From: Hyphochytrium catenoides
Taxonomy: Eukaryota > Protista > Hyphochytriomycota
Length of the DNA: 64,000 nt
Reading direction: 5' to 3'
Assembly (NCBI GenBank): GCA_900088475.1
Contig: FLMG01001544.1
Coordinates: 1 to 64,000 of the forward strand
The notes below the pieces were generated by a model, which saw nothing but the letters and a program-made list of their open reading frames with translations, was not told where the DNA came from and did not search any database. The first letter of the stretch is position 1. Every line of letters starts with the position of its first letter. The position numbers were made by a program, and so were the translations under genes. Positions 12,335 to 25,086 of the stretch are shown one piece after another.

Positions 12335-12879
12335 TAGACGCACTCCGTAGTTGATGTGCCACATTTATTTATAGAGCTGCTGCAAGACCCAACAACGCCT
12401 ATCTATCTATCTAATTCTCACGCTGCGTCGTGTGCTCAAGCAGTGATAACGTGATAGATGTTGGTCAACCCATCACCAGCAGCGCATCCCGTGATCATCG
12501 TCCTCTTTCATCTGTTTCCTACGTGGCCTACCCTGGCCTGCTTCTCCTTCATAGTGCTCTGATTGCGCGAGCGATGCCCTCCTGCCCCTGCAGCGTCAAT
12601 CCCCTCTTCTTGGCTACTCCTCCCATCTCGGTGTCTTCTCTCTGTGCACAACTATCGCTGCATGTAGCTCGTTATAGTCGTTAGCGGCCTCTAGTTCACT
12701 GATTCTGATTCATCACAAGCTCTGCCTTGCCCTCTGCCCTCTGCCAACAGAGACCGACAGCAAGTTCCCCAGAGTCTGCAGGTGTGACGCTACTTAGACA
12801 CTTCATTATCTGGTTCCGGCCGCTGCTTTGAAGGGTTAGACGTCTGCTAGTGCCCGCTGCCACGGTGAGAAGCATCTCA

Positions 12880-15170
12880 ATGCTCTCGCCCTTTAGCTGG
12901 GGAGTTACCTCGCAGATCCTCCCTCTTCAGAGGAGGAATTTAGGGACTATAACGGAACAAGGTCTAGACCTCCCTAGGCGACATAGACGAGGACAGAGGC
13001 GGAGTGTACCCTTATATAAGGAGCGGCAGAGAGTTTGGTATGCGGAGGTGATGGAGAAGGTGCTAAGCAATGCCAGCAGGAAACCTTACTATCTGCCTAA
13101 CCCGCTAGGGTCTGAGGATGACTCCAAAGGTTGTGCCAGCCTACTTGCTCTCTAACGGAGTGCTCACTTTCCTTCGAGGGGTGCTCACGTGGAGTTTTCT
13201 TGCTCTTGTCCGTCAACTGCTTGATTTGTCGATTTGGTCTCCCTGCTTGTATCCAGCTTAACTGCTATTCTCTGCTGTTTAAAATGGCATCTCACTGGCG
13301 TCTTCTGCTTATGCTTGGTAGGTTCTCCCATTGACTGGGACAGACTTCCTGATGGGCTTGATCCTACTTGTGGTGGGTTATCGGAGGAGAAAGCCAGGAA
13401 GAAGAGACAACAGATAGAGAACCTCGCCTTGGCGCTGCGCCTAATCATCCGGTATAACGTCTTCCCTTCCGCCCTCTACCAGCTGGATTTACTATTCTTC
13501 GGAACTCGTACTCTCTATAAACGTGGGCTTTCCGTGCTCATGCCCACATTCGATTTCTCTATGCACTTAGTTGCGGCTATGTCTTTCTGAAGCGGTTCAT
13601 TCCGTCTCTGCTTATTGAGCACATCCTTCTCTTTCTTCCACAGAGATGGGGCGACAGTTGTAGAGTTCTGCGCTGGCTCTGGTTATGTCGTACTGCCCCT
13701 TGCATTCCTCTTCCCAAGCTGCCGATTCGTTCTTCTCGATAAAAAGCGAAAGTCCATCGAGATAGGTAAGAAGGGGAGTGGAGTGGCTTAGATGAGGCGA
13801 GAGCGAGGAGAAGAAGCTCTGCAAGATGCAATAGTGACGAGGTTGGGCGCTTACAACCGCCACTGCTTACCATGAGCTGATGGGCCCTCACTTATGCAGC
13901 CGAAGACAGAATCAGACGCTCAGGCCTGCAAAACGTTTCCATCTTCTGTGGGCTTGTGGAAGGTTGGTCTCTTCCGTACCGCGCCTTTGAAAGTCACGGA
14001 ATCAATCTCTCCTATCTCTTCTCGATACAAGCTGCTTCTCTCTCTCTCGCCTTTGTTCTTGGCCTTGGTAGGTGGCCCTAACTTTTCCTGGCCTCCATTT
14101 GCCCTTACCCTTAGACTACCATGACCAGTTCGATGTAGGCATCGCATTGCACGCTTGTGGAGAGGTCTGTTATTCCTCTGTCAATCTCTTCTCCAGTTCG
14201 TCGACGCAGATACGTCTTTGAATATACTCTTAGATATCTTGAAGCTGCCTCTCTTCCGCCCCTAACTCTTCCAGTGGATTTCTTGGTCATCTATCTACTC
14301 CGAGGCTCAGGAGCAGATCCCTAAGACTTCTTCCTTCTTCTACATTCTTTCTTTGCTGTGTATCTATAGGCGACAGACCTGGTTCAGGAAAAGTGTCTCG
14401 CAGCCCATGCGGCTTATGTGCTCGCTCCCTGCTGCGTCGGAAAAGTCAAGCACAGCAAATTGCCCTATCCTAGGTCCAAAGCAGTCTCTGTCGTTGGTCT
14501 CAACGTCCCTTTCTTTATCAGATAAACAGGTTGCCATGGCTCTAACTCTGTTGTGGGGGCACCGTCTGCAACTCTATCAGGTCAGGAGAAGTCAACTCCA
14601 TTCTTAGCAAAGAAGAGTATTTAGTCCTAGCCAAGGCAGCGGACTTTGGACATCGAGATATTGAGGCATTTGATGAAATGGGACGCGGACGCAGACTGTG
14701 TAAAACTCTTATTGAGTTTGACCGCAACTTGAGGGCTGAGGAGGTAAGCTAACTCTTACTGTCTCTATTTACTGCATCGCTCATGGTTGTGCGCGTCAAG
14801 CAGCCACTTGCCCATCCATTATTCCGCCTTTCCTTTTAGTTCATTCCATTTGCTTGTTGTGTGGGATGCAGAAGCCCCTACATGCCTCCTTCAGTTCTTC
14901 TTGTTGACACTCCTTAGGCTGGGTTTCATGTCTGCACAGTCTCCGTATGGTCAGTACGATGTCCATTACGGTATACTCAAGTCTGCCGCCATGCATCACC
15001 ACCAGCGCCAATATAGGACCTTTATAATGTTGATGGCTCCAAAGTCGGCAACTCCCAAGAATGATGTGATTGTTGGTCTTCCTTTGGAGCGACGTGAGGG
15101 GCCGGACTTAGAAGGGTTTGCGGACAGAGAAATGCTTATTCCAGAGAGAGCGCTGTTCGCTTCAAGCTGA
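12880..15170 (+). CDS. GSTCD-like class I SAM-dependent methyltransferase, multi-exon; start uncertain
   Basis: Spliced peptides IDWDRLPDGLDP..KKRQQIENL, VVEFCAGSGYV (SAM motif I, ~13655), FDVGIALHACGE|ATDLV..APCCVGKV, LAKAADF..CKTLIEFDR, PKSATPKNDVIVG match the GSTCD C-terminal methyltransferase pattern. Confidence 0.82.
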
Positions 15171-15367
15171 CAGCAGAGCTTGCAACCATCTTTACTTTTG
15201 TCAAGGGCTGAGCTCCATCCGGGCTAGTTCACTCCTGAGGCATCGGCTATCGGTCAGCCTCATTTGGGGAGCAAAGCTGTAGAAGACAGCTGGCGAGCTC
15301 TGACTCGGAAGCCGATACTTGCACTGAGGTCTTCATGTTCCGTATCTTGAAGCTCTGGCTTGCTATC

Positions 15368-18300
15368 TCATCCTCCCCGATGAGGACGGTGGCATCGACG
15401 CCAACTGCGTTCGCTTTCTGGTAAGTTGGAAGAAGACATCAAACCCCGGCAGGAGAAGCACGTCTTAGCCTTCTCGTTTTGAAGTATCGATTCCTTGGGT
15501 TCCCTACCTTCAGGAGCTTCTTCAATGGCCCTGGTGCCACTATTTCGACCACCATTTCCTGGCGGTCGTTTGCTGACCGTCTTAATATCTACATCGAAGC
15601 CAAGTGAGAGCAATCAAAAAGAAGCCCACGAGCGTTTACTTAGAATCAAGGCAAAAAAAGTCTAGCATAGCATAGTGCGAGACAGAGGCCCTCTACTTCT
15701 TCACAATGAGGTAAAGTACTTAGACGACAAATGAGGAGAACGGCAATAGAGAACAACGTACACCAGCAATTTGGGAAGCCTTTGATATGAGCTCTTCCTC
15801 TCCAATGGTCTCTCCAAGAGCTTGTGCGTGCCTGACGGGCAGAACTGCGACCCGCAGTCGGCGCGGAAATGAAAGTGTGGTCGGGTCCGTGTACAGAGCT
15901 AGTCGATCAAGCCCTGCTGCCCAGCCTGCAATCAGTGCAGGCGCGGGAAGAAAAAAGCGAAAGGAAACGGAGAGTTTGGAGAAAAGTAAGTTCTCTCGCT
16001 GACAACCCCAGCTGTATCAGCTGCAACAAATGGTAGGTCTCGGATGACCGTACCGATGGAAGGAACTGCTTGTCCAGTGAATATCTTGGCTAGTCCGTCA
16101 TACCGTCCGCCCGCCAGGACTGCAAGCCCATTTCCTTGCTCTATAAACTCAAAGATGGTCTCGCAATAATAATCCTAGGGCCAAGAGAGTTTTTATAAGG
16201 CTAATAAAGCAAAACTTTCAGGCTAGAGAAAGGGGCATCTTGAGCTTCTCTGCGCTTGCTAGCATGAGAGGAGTCAAGTCCACAAGAAAGAATCAGTTTC
16301 AACGTTGAGCAGATAGAAACGAATCTAGACGAGGAAGACTCAGCAGGCAATGAGCATATTGAACTATGGAGAGGTAGTCCAGCCATTGAGATCAGCCAGG
16401 GACCATAGAAGCTTGATACTTAAGGAGAGAGTGCAATGCAGTCAACTGCAGTTGAGAGCAGGCATCTGACTTAATTGAACCAAAAGGACTCACCAAGCCC
16501 CTGACAAGCTTGTCATTGATTGTATAATCCATTTGCAGCTGGTCGAGGATGGTGCGCAACGCCGCAAAGCGCTAGAGGAAGAGGCGCCTCAGTAGTGTGG
16601 GCAACTCCTGAAGTAGATTGAAGGAGCGACCAAAATGTGAAAGCACATCTGCCATACCTTGAAAGAGCTCTCGGAGAGGAAGTCAGCGAGCATAGGCGCC
16701 TCTTGCAGCAGTTGTTTGTCTCCTTCATCCTTGGAGTCTAGAATGCGAAGTAGACTACCTCTCTTCAGCCTACACAGATGGTCAATGCCTGCTGACTTCG
16801 TTCTAAGGTTGTAAGCAAAATCAACGTTTAATAACCTAGCCATTGACTATGACTTGCCACTCGACGCTCTGCTACAACTAATGCTCACTTTCATCTGCTA
16901 GGACTCCCAGCTCTCTCCCTCTGATGAGTTATCTCTTACTTGACACCCTCTTCCGATCTCTAGCTCTCGAACTCGTTCCAAGAAGCCTGATGCCCGTCGT
17001 CCTGTCGCACCTACTTCTGCCTCTGTTGCAGAAGATATCACCAACATTGACTCACCTCTCCAAACTATCAGCAGAGAGATGTGCAGTTTGGCCGCTAAGA
17101 AACGAGCTGAGAGACTTCTTATACGCCTCTCGGCTAGCGAAGGACAGAAGAGAGGGGAGGCAGGAAGAAGGGTCAGCTGTCTAGCTTCTCTCACATCGAC
17201 TCTAAATATAGCTCATCATCTTTGGGCCTCACCTCTCATTGTCACCCAGAGAGTTGATCTGAAGCTCTGTCTTTATTCCCAACCGCTTCAGGGCCTCATA
17301 TGCCATGGAGATTACCTTCACGCAAGGGAAGGGAAGTTGAGAGTGCGTGCGTAACTGCCACCAAGACACGCCGGTTCATACCTCAACATCTGCAAAAAGG
17401 TCTCCTTCACCTATGTATTCAACTCCTAATGTGTGACAGTTAGATTAAAGTGAGGCGATCTGGACACAGTGCCAAACTGATTGCAGACACAGAAGGCGAT
17501 AAAGGCGGCGGAGAATGGACGGCAATGAGCTATCCCTAGGATCGGGAAGAAGCGAGTGCGATGATGTCTGAGAGGCACATACAGCACAGCGACTCGACAT
17601 CTGTGCAAAAGGACAGTGGACGACTGGCACTTACCAAACTGTCTGAATTCTCGATAGCGCCCCTTCTGTGGCCTCTCATACCTACGTTAATCTGCCTTTA
17701 GTCACGGTCTGAATAGCCTTTTAGTTGCTACGCCCTTTTGCCTTGCAGCTGCCTTAGCTCTATTTCCTAATCCTGGCATCATCTAATGATACTTCGCTGT
17801 TTCCGTGGCCTGCGCTGTATCATTGCCTTACCTAAACATCTCTCCGCTGTAGAAGAGCTTTGATCTAGCTTCCTTGCTCTTATTTCTCCTCAGTGCAGCC
17901 CTCATTACCCCTTGCAAGGGAGAACGCGTAAGAAAGACAAGACTCAAAAAAGTGCCTCTATGAAGGTGAGCCAGACTGTCAAATACCAGCTGTTCCCTCA
18001 GGACGAAGCGCTATTTGTCTCCCTCCTAGATCTGTGAAGCAGTACATCTCCTATATCACATCACAAAGTAAATCTCGCTATTTCCCAAGCGTTAAATGGG
18101 GCTGAGAGTAGCAAAGTAGGATTGAGAAGAGCAAGATAGACAAAGAACGGGAAAGTAAAGGACGAGACGGGCTGCACGAAGTGTGCTAAAGAGAAGTGCG
18201 AGAGCTCGCCGCACTATATCCAATGTTGGCATAAAGTAGAATAGCAACCCAGCAGTAGGAGATGGGTACCTACAACGACGTAAACACTGAAAAGCAGCAG

Positions 18301-19373
18301 TAGAGACACGAAGAGGACAAAGAGGACGTAAAACAGAGGACAAGTAAGCTAACGCCAGAACAACGCGGGCTTTGCCCTTCTCCACCTTCATAACTACATC
18401 AGAGCCATCTCCAAGACTGCGATGGTACAGCTCCGCCGCCTCCATCACAGGTGTCCGCACCTGCAGATGAGGAAATTAGTTGTGAGACGAGCCATTGACA
18501 GGATCTGGGATCTACGAAAAGAAGAGTAGAGTAAACACTGAGGAGATGTGGGAACATATAGATACACTACACCGATGACTGGAGAGAGAGCTAAGGGATG
18601 GACGGCAGGAGTGCGAGGAGGGTAACCCAACGGAATAGACACGTGAAAGAGATGACATCCAAGCGGCGAAGAGGGCTGAAGATAGTATCGAACGATAAGG
18701 ACGAAGAACAACTGAGGAGACGGGAAGTTTCTAGGACGAGTGAGACTAGCGTTTAGAGTTGGAACAGTCTAGGGGGCTTGGGAGCTAGCTCCTTGCAGGC
18801 AAGAGGGTTGAGAGACATACTGTCTAAGCTAGATGGGCATGGGGGAGAACCCGCTGGGAGCTGAACCAAGTACCTCGAGGTAGAGTAAGAGTAGCCAGAG
18901 GAGTGACTAGAAGACGAGGGACCAAGCAGGAACATCTGCCTTACCCTCTTGAAGCCGAAGCTCTCCGCGGTGCGTTGTAGCACGTCCTCGACTGCCTCGG
19001 CCACTTCGACCTCTGACCCAAATGCGTCATGCGTCCCCCTCAATGGCTGCAGCGACAGTCTTTCTGCCTTCAATTTAGGGGACAGTTTGACGGACCGGTG
19101 CAACGATGAGAGAGTGAAGCAGAATCACCAGCGTTCACAAGTAGAGCCCGAAGAGCAATTGGACCCAAAGGTAAAGCTAAGCGAGACTCAGCTTTAAGAG
19201 ATAGAATATTAGAGAACCATCTCTGCAGCTCTTACCTTTTCCGCCACGTTACTCGCAGACGAGAAACTATTACATCTCGCTATGGCATGAGGTCGTGACA
19301 GGAAGCGCCCAGCCAGACCGCCCACCGCCCTTGTTCTCCTCCGCAGCAGCTCCATGCTCAGCGTCCTCTTCAT
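15368..19373 (-). CDS. hisS: Histidine--tRNA ligase, bacterial-type, probably organellar; many exons
   Basis: Exon peptides [25 protein letters not shown]|[20 protein letters not shown]|[20 protein letters not shown]|[21 protein letters not shown]; Arg-rich N-terminal presequence. Confidence 0.93.
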
Positions 19374-19544
19374 CTCATTAATCGATCGTGGTCCCTCTGT
19401 CGACAAAGTGTTGCCCGACCACGGTCTCTAGCAACTTCTCCCCACTCGCCCTCTCCCTCAGTAACCTCACGCCACGGTTATGATTGAGCTCATGAGTCTT
19501 CGTCGTTTCTCCTTGTGTCTCTCCTCCTCAGGGACATATTCTTT

Positions 19545-19866
19545 CTCTTTCTCTCTCTCTCTCTTCTCGCTCTCTCTCTCTCTCTCTCCCTCTCTCTTCT
19601 TCGCTCCTTTCCGGCGGCTGGCGGTGAGGCTGCCTCTTCAGTCTCCTTTCTGATGCCAATGCCAATTGGGCAGAGATTTTTACTTTGCATATATTTCAAT
19701 CTGAAACTTGCAGCGGAAACACATTAAGAAACGTAGCTACAGCACGATATTATTTTCCATACACTTCGAAGAAACCTAGTCCATAATTCTGAAGATTTGT
19801 TGATGATGTGGAGACAGAGAGGCCAGAGAGGCCGGGTGCGCGCGCGCGAGAGAGAATGAGAGAGAG

Positions 19867-19912
<46 letters not shown>
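19545..19912. repeat. CT-rich tract (~19545-19600) and GA-rich tract (~19846-19912) in the HisRS/MVK divergent intergenic region
   Basis: Imperfect (CT)n and (GA)n runs; a short (CG)n run at about 19838-19848 abuts the GA tract. Confidence 0.9.
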
Positions 19913-20049
19913 GTGAAGGCGAGATGGGTACTAGCGCTGCGGACTGAGGTTGAAGGCTCTTCGAAGGTGTCATCATCTCCCTGTCATTCACGGAGGCTCT
20001 CATCTCTCCACTCTCGGCTTCTTCCTACTCCTTGACCTCACGAGTCAGG

Positions 20050-22642
20050 ATGAATCTGCAGCCAGCAGCAGCATCGGCGCCAGGAAAGCTAATACTCTTT
20101 GGCGAGCATGCGGTGGTGTATGGAGTTCCAGCCATCGCTGTGGCCCTCAGCGACCTCAGAGTGTGGGTAGAAGTGGTAGGACGACCCTCCTGTTCAGCTT
20201 GACCTGTTTAGCACCTGGTCCCTTATAAGCTACTCTTCTCCTCGTGGCTAAGTGTAGCTATGACTATATGTCTTGATCCGGATCGTCAAGTTCTGCGGCT
20301 CTTAATGACGTCTGCTGCATCAGGCTGAACCTCGTTGTTGCTAGCTCCCATCGCTCTATTCTTTACTTGTGTGTCTGTTCCTCTCTCCCTCTTCCAGCAC
20401 ACCTCTTTTCCAACATCGCGTCTCTTCCTCTCGGTACAGAGCTGTGTGCTGGCTTTCCTCTTCCTTTCCGCTCCTAACAGCTCCTCCTTCCTCGCTTCCT
20501 TTCGCTCTAGACACCTTTGTCCGCCCCTATCATCGAGTTCCACCTGACAGACCTGATTAGTCCTGGCACTGGTGAAGGGGTCCGGCAATCGCTAGATATC
20601 CAGTTGCTAAGGCAGAAGTTTGCTGCGTACCTAGACGCCACAGGTGTGTGCGTCTCGCTCTTTCTCTCTGTCTCTCTAACCTACCTAAGGACTGCCTTCT
20701 TATGTGACTCCCTTGATATCAATGTCCTCACCCATCCTAGTACAGGTTAATCTATATTTGTCTATTATACCCTGGATCTTAACTGTACAATTCCTCATCT
20801 CTTCCTCTCATGGGACCGCCGGTGCCTCATTCTCTCTCGTAGAGCTGCACAAGCCTTCGCCGCCAAGCGCCGAGCTCATTGCAACACTCCAGGAAGTATT
20901 TAGTGGGCTGGGGGAGCTAGAGGAGAAGGCACTGAAGCCTCTTCTGTTCCTGTCACTCTCTGTCCTTTCAGACCTCCTCCGCAGGTGAGACAGGGTATGA
21001 GCTCTTACGATGCCGTTCCGTATCACGCCCTAGTTGAAGATAGAGCTGGAGAGAGTCTTTCGCATTGTCAAAGAGCTACTTACACTTCTAACCGGCGGGA
21101 TATGCGAGGAGATTGTTCCTCGAGGCACGAGGCGGTCTAGACGATATAGCATTATACTCGTTTGTAGTGCAAAAGAGAGAGATGCCAAGCCAAGGCATAG
21201 AGACATAAGCTGTCAAGCAGTTGACCCTAGATCCTACCACTCATGAGAAAGTGACTTATTTTACGATTCTGACTCTAGACATTGCGCCTTCCTTCTGCCC
21301 CTCTCTGTTTCCCACCGTGCTTTCTAGGGATTCCTTCCAGACAGGCGTCCGCCTTACTGCTTCCAAGTCATCTCTCCCGGTCGGAGCTGGGTTGGGGTCC
21401 TCAGCGGCATTTTGTGTGGCAGCTGCAACTGCGCTCTATTATAGCAGACCAGATAGCACCAAGTCTGGGCTTTCGGACGAAGTCTTCCTTCTAGGTAATG
21501 CAACAAGAGATGGAGGTGCAAAACAGGCAGGAATGGAACAAAGAGAGAGTTAAGAGGCATGCGGCAAGGATCAGCAACAATAGTGCTGGAAGGGCAGCCT
21601 TCGGACTGACGTAGCTCTTACAGGAGGCGAAGAGGCATGCCTTGGAGCTAGTGAAGAGAGAAAGGAAACTGTTGGCGGCAGGAAGCCTCCACCTACTACA
21701 TGCTCGCTTCTGAACTCTTGGGCTTATATGGCTGAGATTTTAATGCACGGCAGTCCTTCAGGTCTGGACAATTCTCTCAGTGTCTTCGGTGGAGCGGCGC
21801 GGTTCCTTCGGGAAAAGCAGAATATTGAACAGATCAGTGGTTTCCCAGAGCTGAAGCTCTTCCTCACAAACACTAAAGTGCCACGAAGCACGAAGAAGTT
21901 AGTCGGAGATGTACGCGCCCTGTACGAGCGTTATCCAGCCATTATAGCAGGCATATGGAAAGCGATAGAGGGCATAGTTGATGCTTGGATGGACGTTATC
22001 AAGGACAAAAAGGGAACAGAAGAAAGTATAAACCAAGAAGACCGAGAGAAGGCGCTAGAAGAGCTAATAGATATGAATCAAGCGCTGTTGAGAGCGGTGG
22101 GAGTCAGCCACCCTGCCATTGAGAAAGTCTGCGAGGTTACGACAAAGCTTGGAATCCCTTCCAAACTAACAGGCGCAGGTAAGGAGGAAAATTAAAAGTG
22201 TAAAGAGCGGAAAGAGAGAAACGGAGAGAGCCATGGCAAGACAATCAGGACGGGGTTTATTGCCGCTAGAACTCGCCGATCAAGACCATAGGAGAGAGAA
22301 GGCGAGCTGGTAGAAAGAAAGGAAAGAATACTACAATCGAAGGGTTGGCGGTAAAGGCTTTGGTTGAAGAGCAGAATGTCTGTTCGAAAGGTGGTCTGAG
22401 CCCGGAGATTGGCAGATAGAGATGCTTGCCAGTGATCGGTAGCAGAGGCTGTGTTCACTCTGACAAGGAGTTACTCATATCGCTGCTTTGGTTTGTCCAC
22501 AGGAGGTGGAGGGTGCACGTTAAGCTTTGTGCCACGCAGTAGTGAGGCGAACGCCATGCGAGCAGTCGAGGAGCTGTCATCCTTGGGTTACGACGTATTC
22601 GAGACACGCGTGGGAGGGCCTGGAGTACTCCTGCATTTATAG
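20050..22642 (+). CDS. MVK: Mevalonate kinase (GHMP family), multi-exon
   Basis: [17 protein letters not shown] (from ATG 20050), [50 protein letters not shown]|GGGGC. Confidence 0.95.
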
Positions 22643-23830
22643 CGATACGCATTATCAAGACGTCAAGTTAAGTGCAGAGAGCCACCGAGCAAGGGACTAG
22701 GCCGGGACTTAGGTGCATTTATTCACCGCCTTCTCTCCTTGTTAAGATCCTTTTTTTTACTTTCTTTTTCACTCTCCATAGGTGCTCTGTCTTTCTCGTC
22801 TCTTCTCCCGTTTTTCATCTCATGGCCCTTTAGGGGTAGCAACACAGCTCTGTGCCTGTTATCCTCTCTAGCACCAGGCCGAACGCAGTCCTTATACTTC
22901 TCACTCTTACATTATGGGACGTCATCTAAACTCTTCTGTGTCTCGGCTTGTCCCATTCTCTGTCCCTTCCCACTCTCTCGACGCTCTACAACTTCACCCG
23001 CAGTCTTGGTGTTCTTAACCTAAAAAGACTCGACCCGTATGTTATGCATAAATCCGATTGCTCCCTCATCAATCTGCTCGCGTCTATCTGCTCGCGTCTC
23101 GGCTGAAGTCAAAAAGAGAGACTTTAACTCTCGCTTTTTAAAGATTTGCCTCTATATCTCACCAGACTCTTCGCTTCTGTTCTGTCACCACTCTTGTCCA
23201 ACCCTTCCCTTACCCTCCTTCCTCGCACAGCCAAACAAGTGACTCTTGGACGCTGTAGGCCCTCTGCAAAGCCCACTTTCTCATCCCTTGTGCTTTTAAG
23301 TGGGCCCAAATGCCTTCTCTATGTAAGAGGAAGAAAGCTTGATCGTGGATATATATGCTAGATATATAGCGAGAGGGAAGAGGCCTCTCACAGCAGCAGC
23401 ATCGGCAGCAGTGTTCAAGTGGGAGAAAGATCCTGTCTCTTCACCTTTCTGTCAACTGCAAGGGCAGGAAGGCCAAGTAAGATCCTTGCACGCATTGAGA
23501 GGGAGGGACACAGGAAGATAGGAGAATGGCTGCATTGTCTGCTTGAGGGGCGTCAGAATGGGATTATAAAGAGAGACAGAAGAGATAATGTAGGAAGAGA
23601 GACAAAGTAGAACTAACCCTTTAGTGATTGAGGAGGAGAAAATAGAGAGAGAGAGCGCGAGCGTAGGAGAGAGAGCTGATGTCAGCCTTGTATAACGCTC
23701 TTTCCTCCCGGAAGACCAATGGGAGAGACTGACCAAAAGAGACCTACACTCCTCGCAAGGGGAGAAGAGACATAAAAGAGAAGCAGACACAGAAAAGAAG
23801 AATGCATGAAGACGGTGAGGAGTTATAACA

Positions 23831-23884
23831 NNNNNNNNNNNNNNNNNNNNNNNNNNNNNNNNNNNNNNNNNNNNNNNNNNNNNN
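23831..23884. other. Assembly gap (N run) adjoining a (GA)n tract at 23885-23940
   Basis: 54 N characters followed by GA repeats. Confidence 0.99.
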
Positions 23885-25086
23885 AGAGAGAGAGAGCGAG
23901 AGCGAGAGAGAGGGAGAGAGATGGGGAGAGAGAGAGAGTGGGAGAGGAAGAGGACCGCTTGACAAACTTTCTTGCTCTGGCGACATTTAGTTCGCTTTTA
24001 CCATTATTACTATGCCGCTTATCACAAGATACAATGAGGGGAGGGCTGGACCTATTATTACAATGGCCTCCAAGAAGACTGCAACATCATCCTCTTTGGC
24101 TCCACGCACACATCTCTCTCAACTCTCTCTCTCTCCCGCTCTTATATTTACTTGTTCCCTGTATTTGTCTCCGCTCTGTCTCTCTCTCCTCTCCAGCTCT
24201 CTTCTGCTCATTGCTCCCTCTTGTCTCCTTCATGAACATAAGAGAGCTCAGCCATCGGCAGGAGCCAGAGACTTGCTGCAGCGACGAACGGACGAAGACA
24301 AGCAGCGCAGACATCCGTTGAGCCTTTCTCAATAGGAAGGCTTCTTCTCAGGAGAGGAATAACGAACGGGCCGTATGTCCCCTGTCCTTCAGAAGTACAC
24401 TCGCTTTTCTTTCACCTCTTCCCATCGTGCTACTTCTTCTGTTCTTCTATCTCTCTTTTGTGTCCTTTTCCACCTCAAGGGCCAGAACTGGTGATGAACT
24501 CTAGCGCTGAATCTGTCCTGTCGGCCATGCTGAGGAAAGAAAGGAGACTATACTGAACAATAAAGGAGGTAAGCTGTTTGTGGTTGCGAACTCTCTGCCG
24601 GAAGCCTTGCCAGTGCTCTTTCTGTGGCAAGTCGTCCTTAGGGGCTCTGTTATCCGTTGATAGCTCTGCCTAGCCCATTAGCGCCTGCACAGGATGCTGT
24701 CTTCCTGGGTTTCTTCTTCTTCTTCTTCTCCATCTTCTGGCTCTCTCTTGTTCAAATGACACGGCCTGCAGCTTCTCATTATTCAACTATGGCCTCACAG
24801 GAAGGGATGTCTCAGATGGCAAGGGCTGTAGGCCAAGCATGCCTTTCTATACGGCGTCTGGAATTGGCCGCTAGAGCTGTTCACACAGCCTTATCTCCAT
24901 CCTCTTTCTCCCACTCACTCTAACTTTCTCCTCCTTAAACCTTACCTCTGTCTCTCTCCTCGGGTCCACTTCTCCATCTTCTCCATCTTCTCTTTCTTTT
25001 TCTCTATTTATTCCATCTCTATCCTTTCCTTATCCATGATGGGCATTCAGTGCTGAGTGAAGCGAGATCAAAGCTCCGCCGTTGAG

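Noticed and set aside
23990-25050. Additional coding exons upstream of the F-box gene
   Set aside because: Splice-like sites exist but I found no consistent open path or recognisable peptide; may be 5' UTR.
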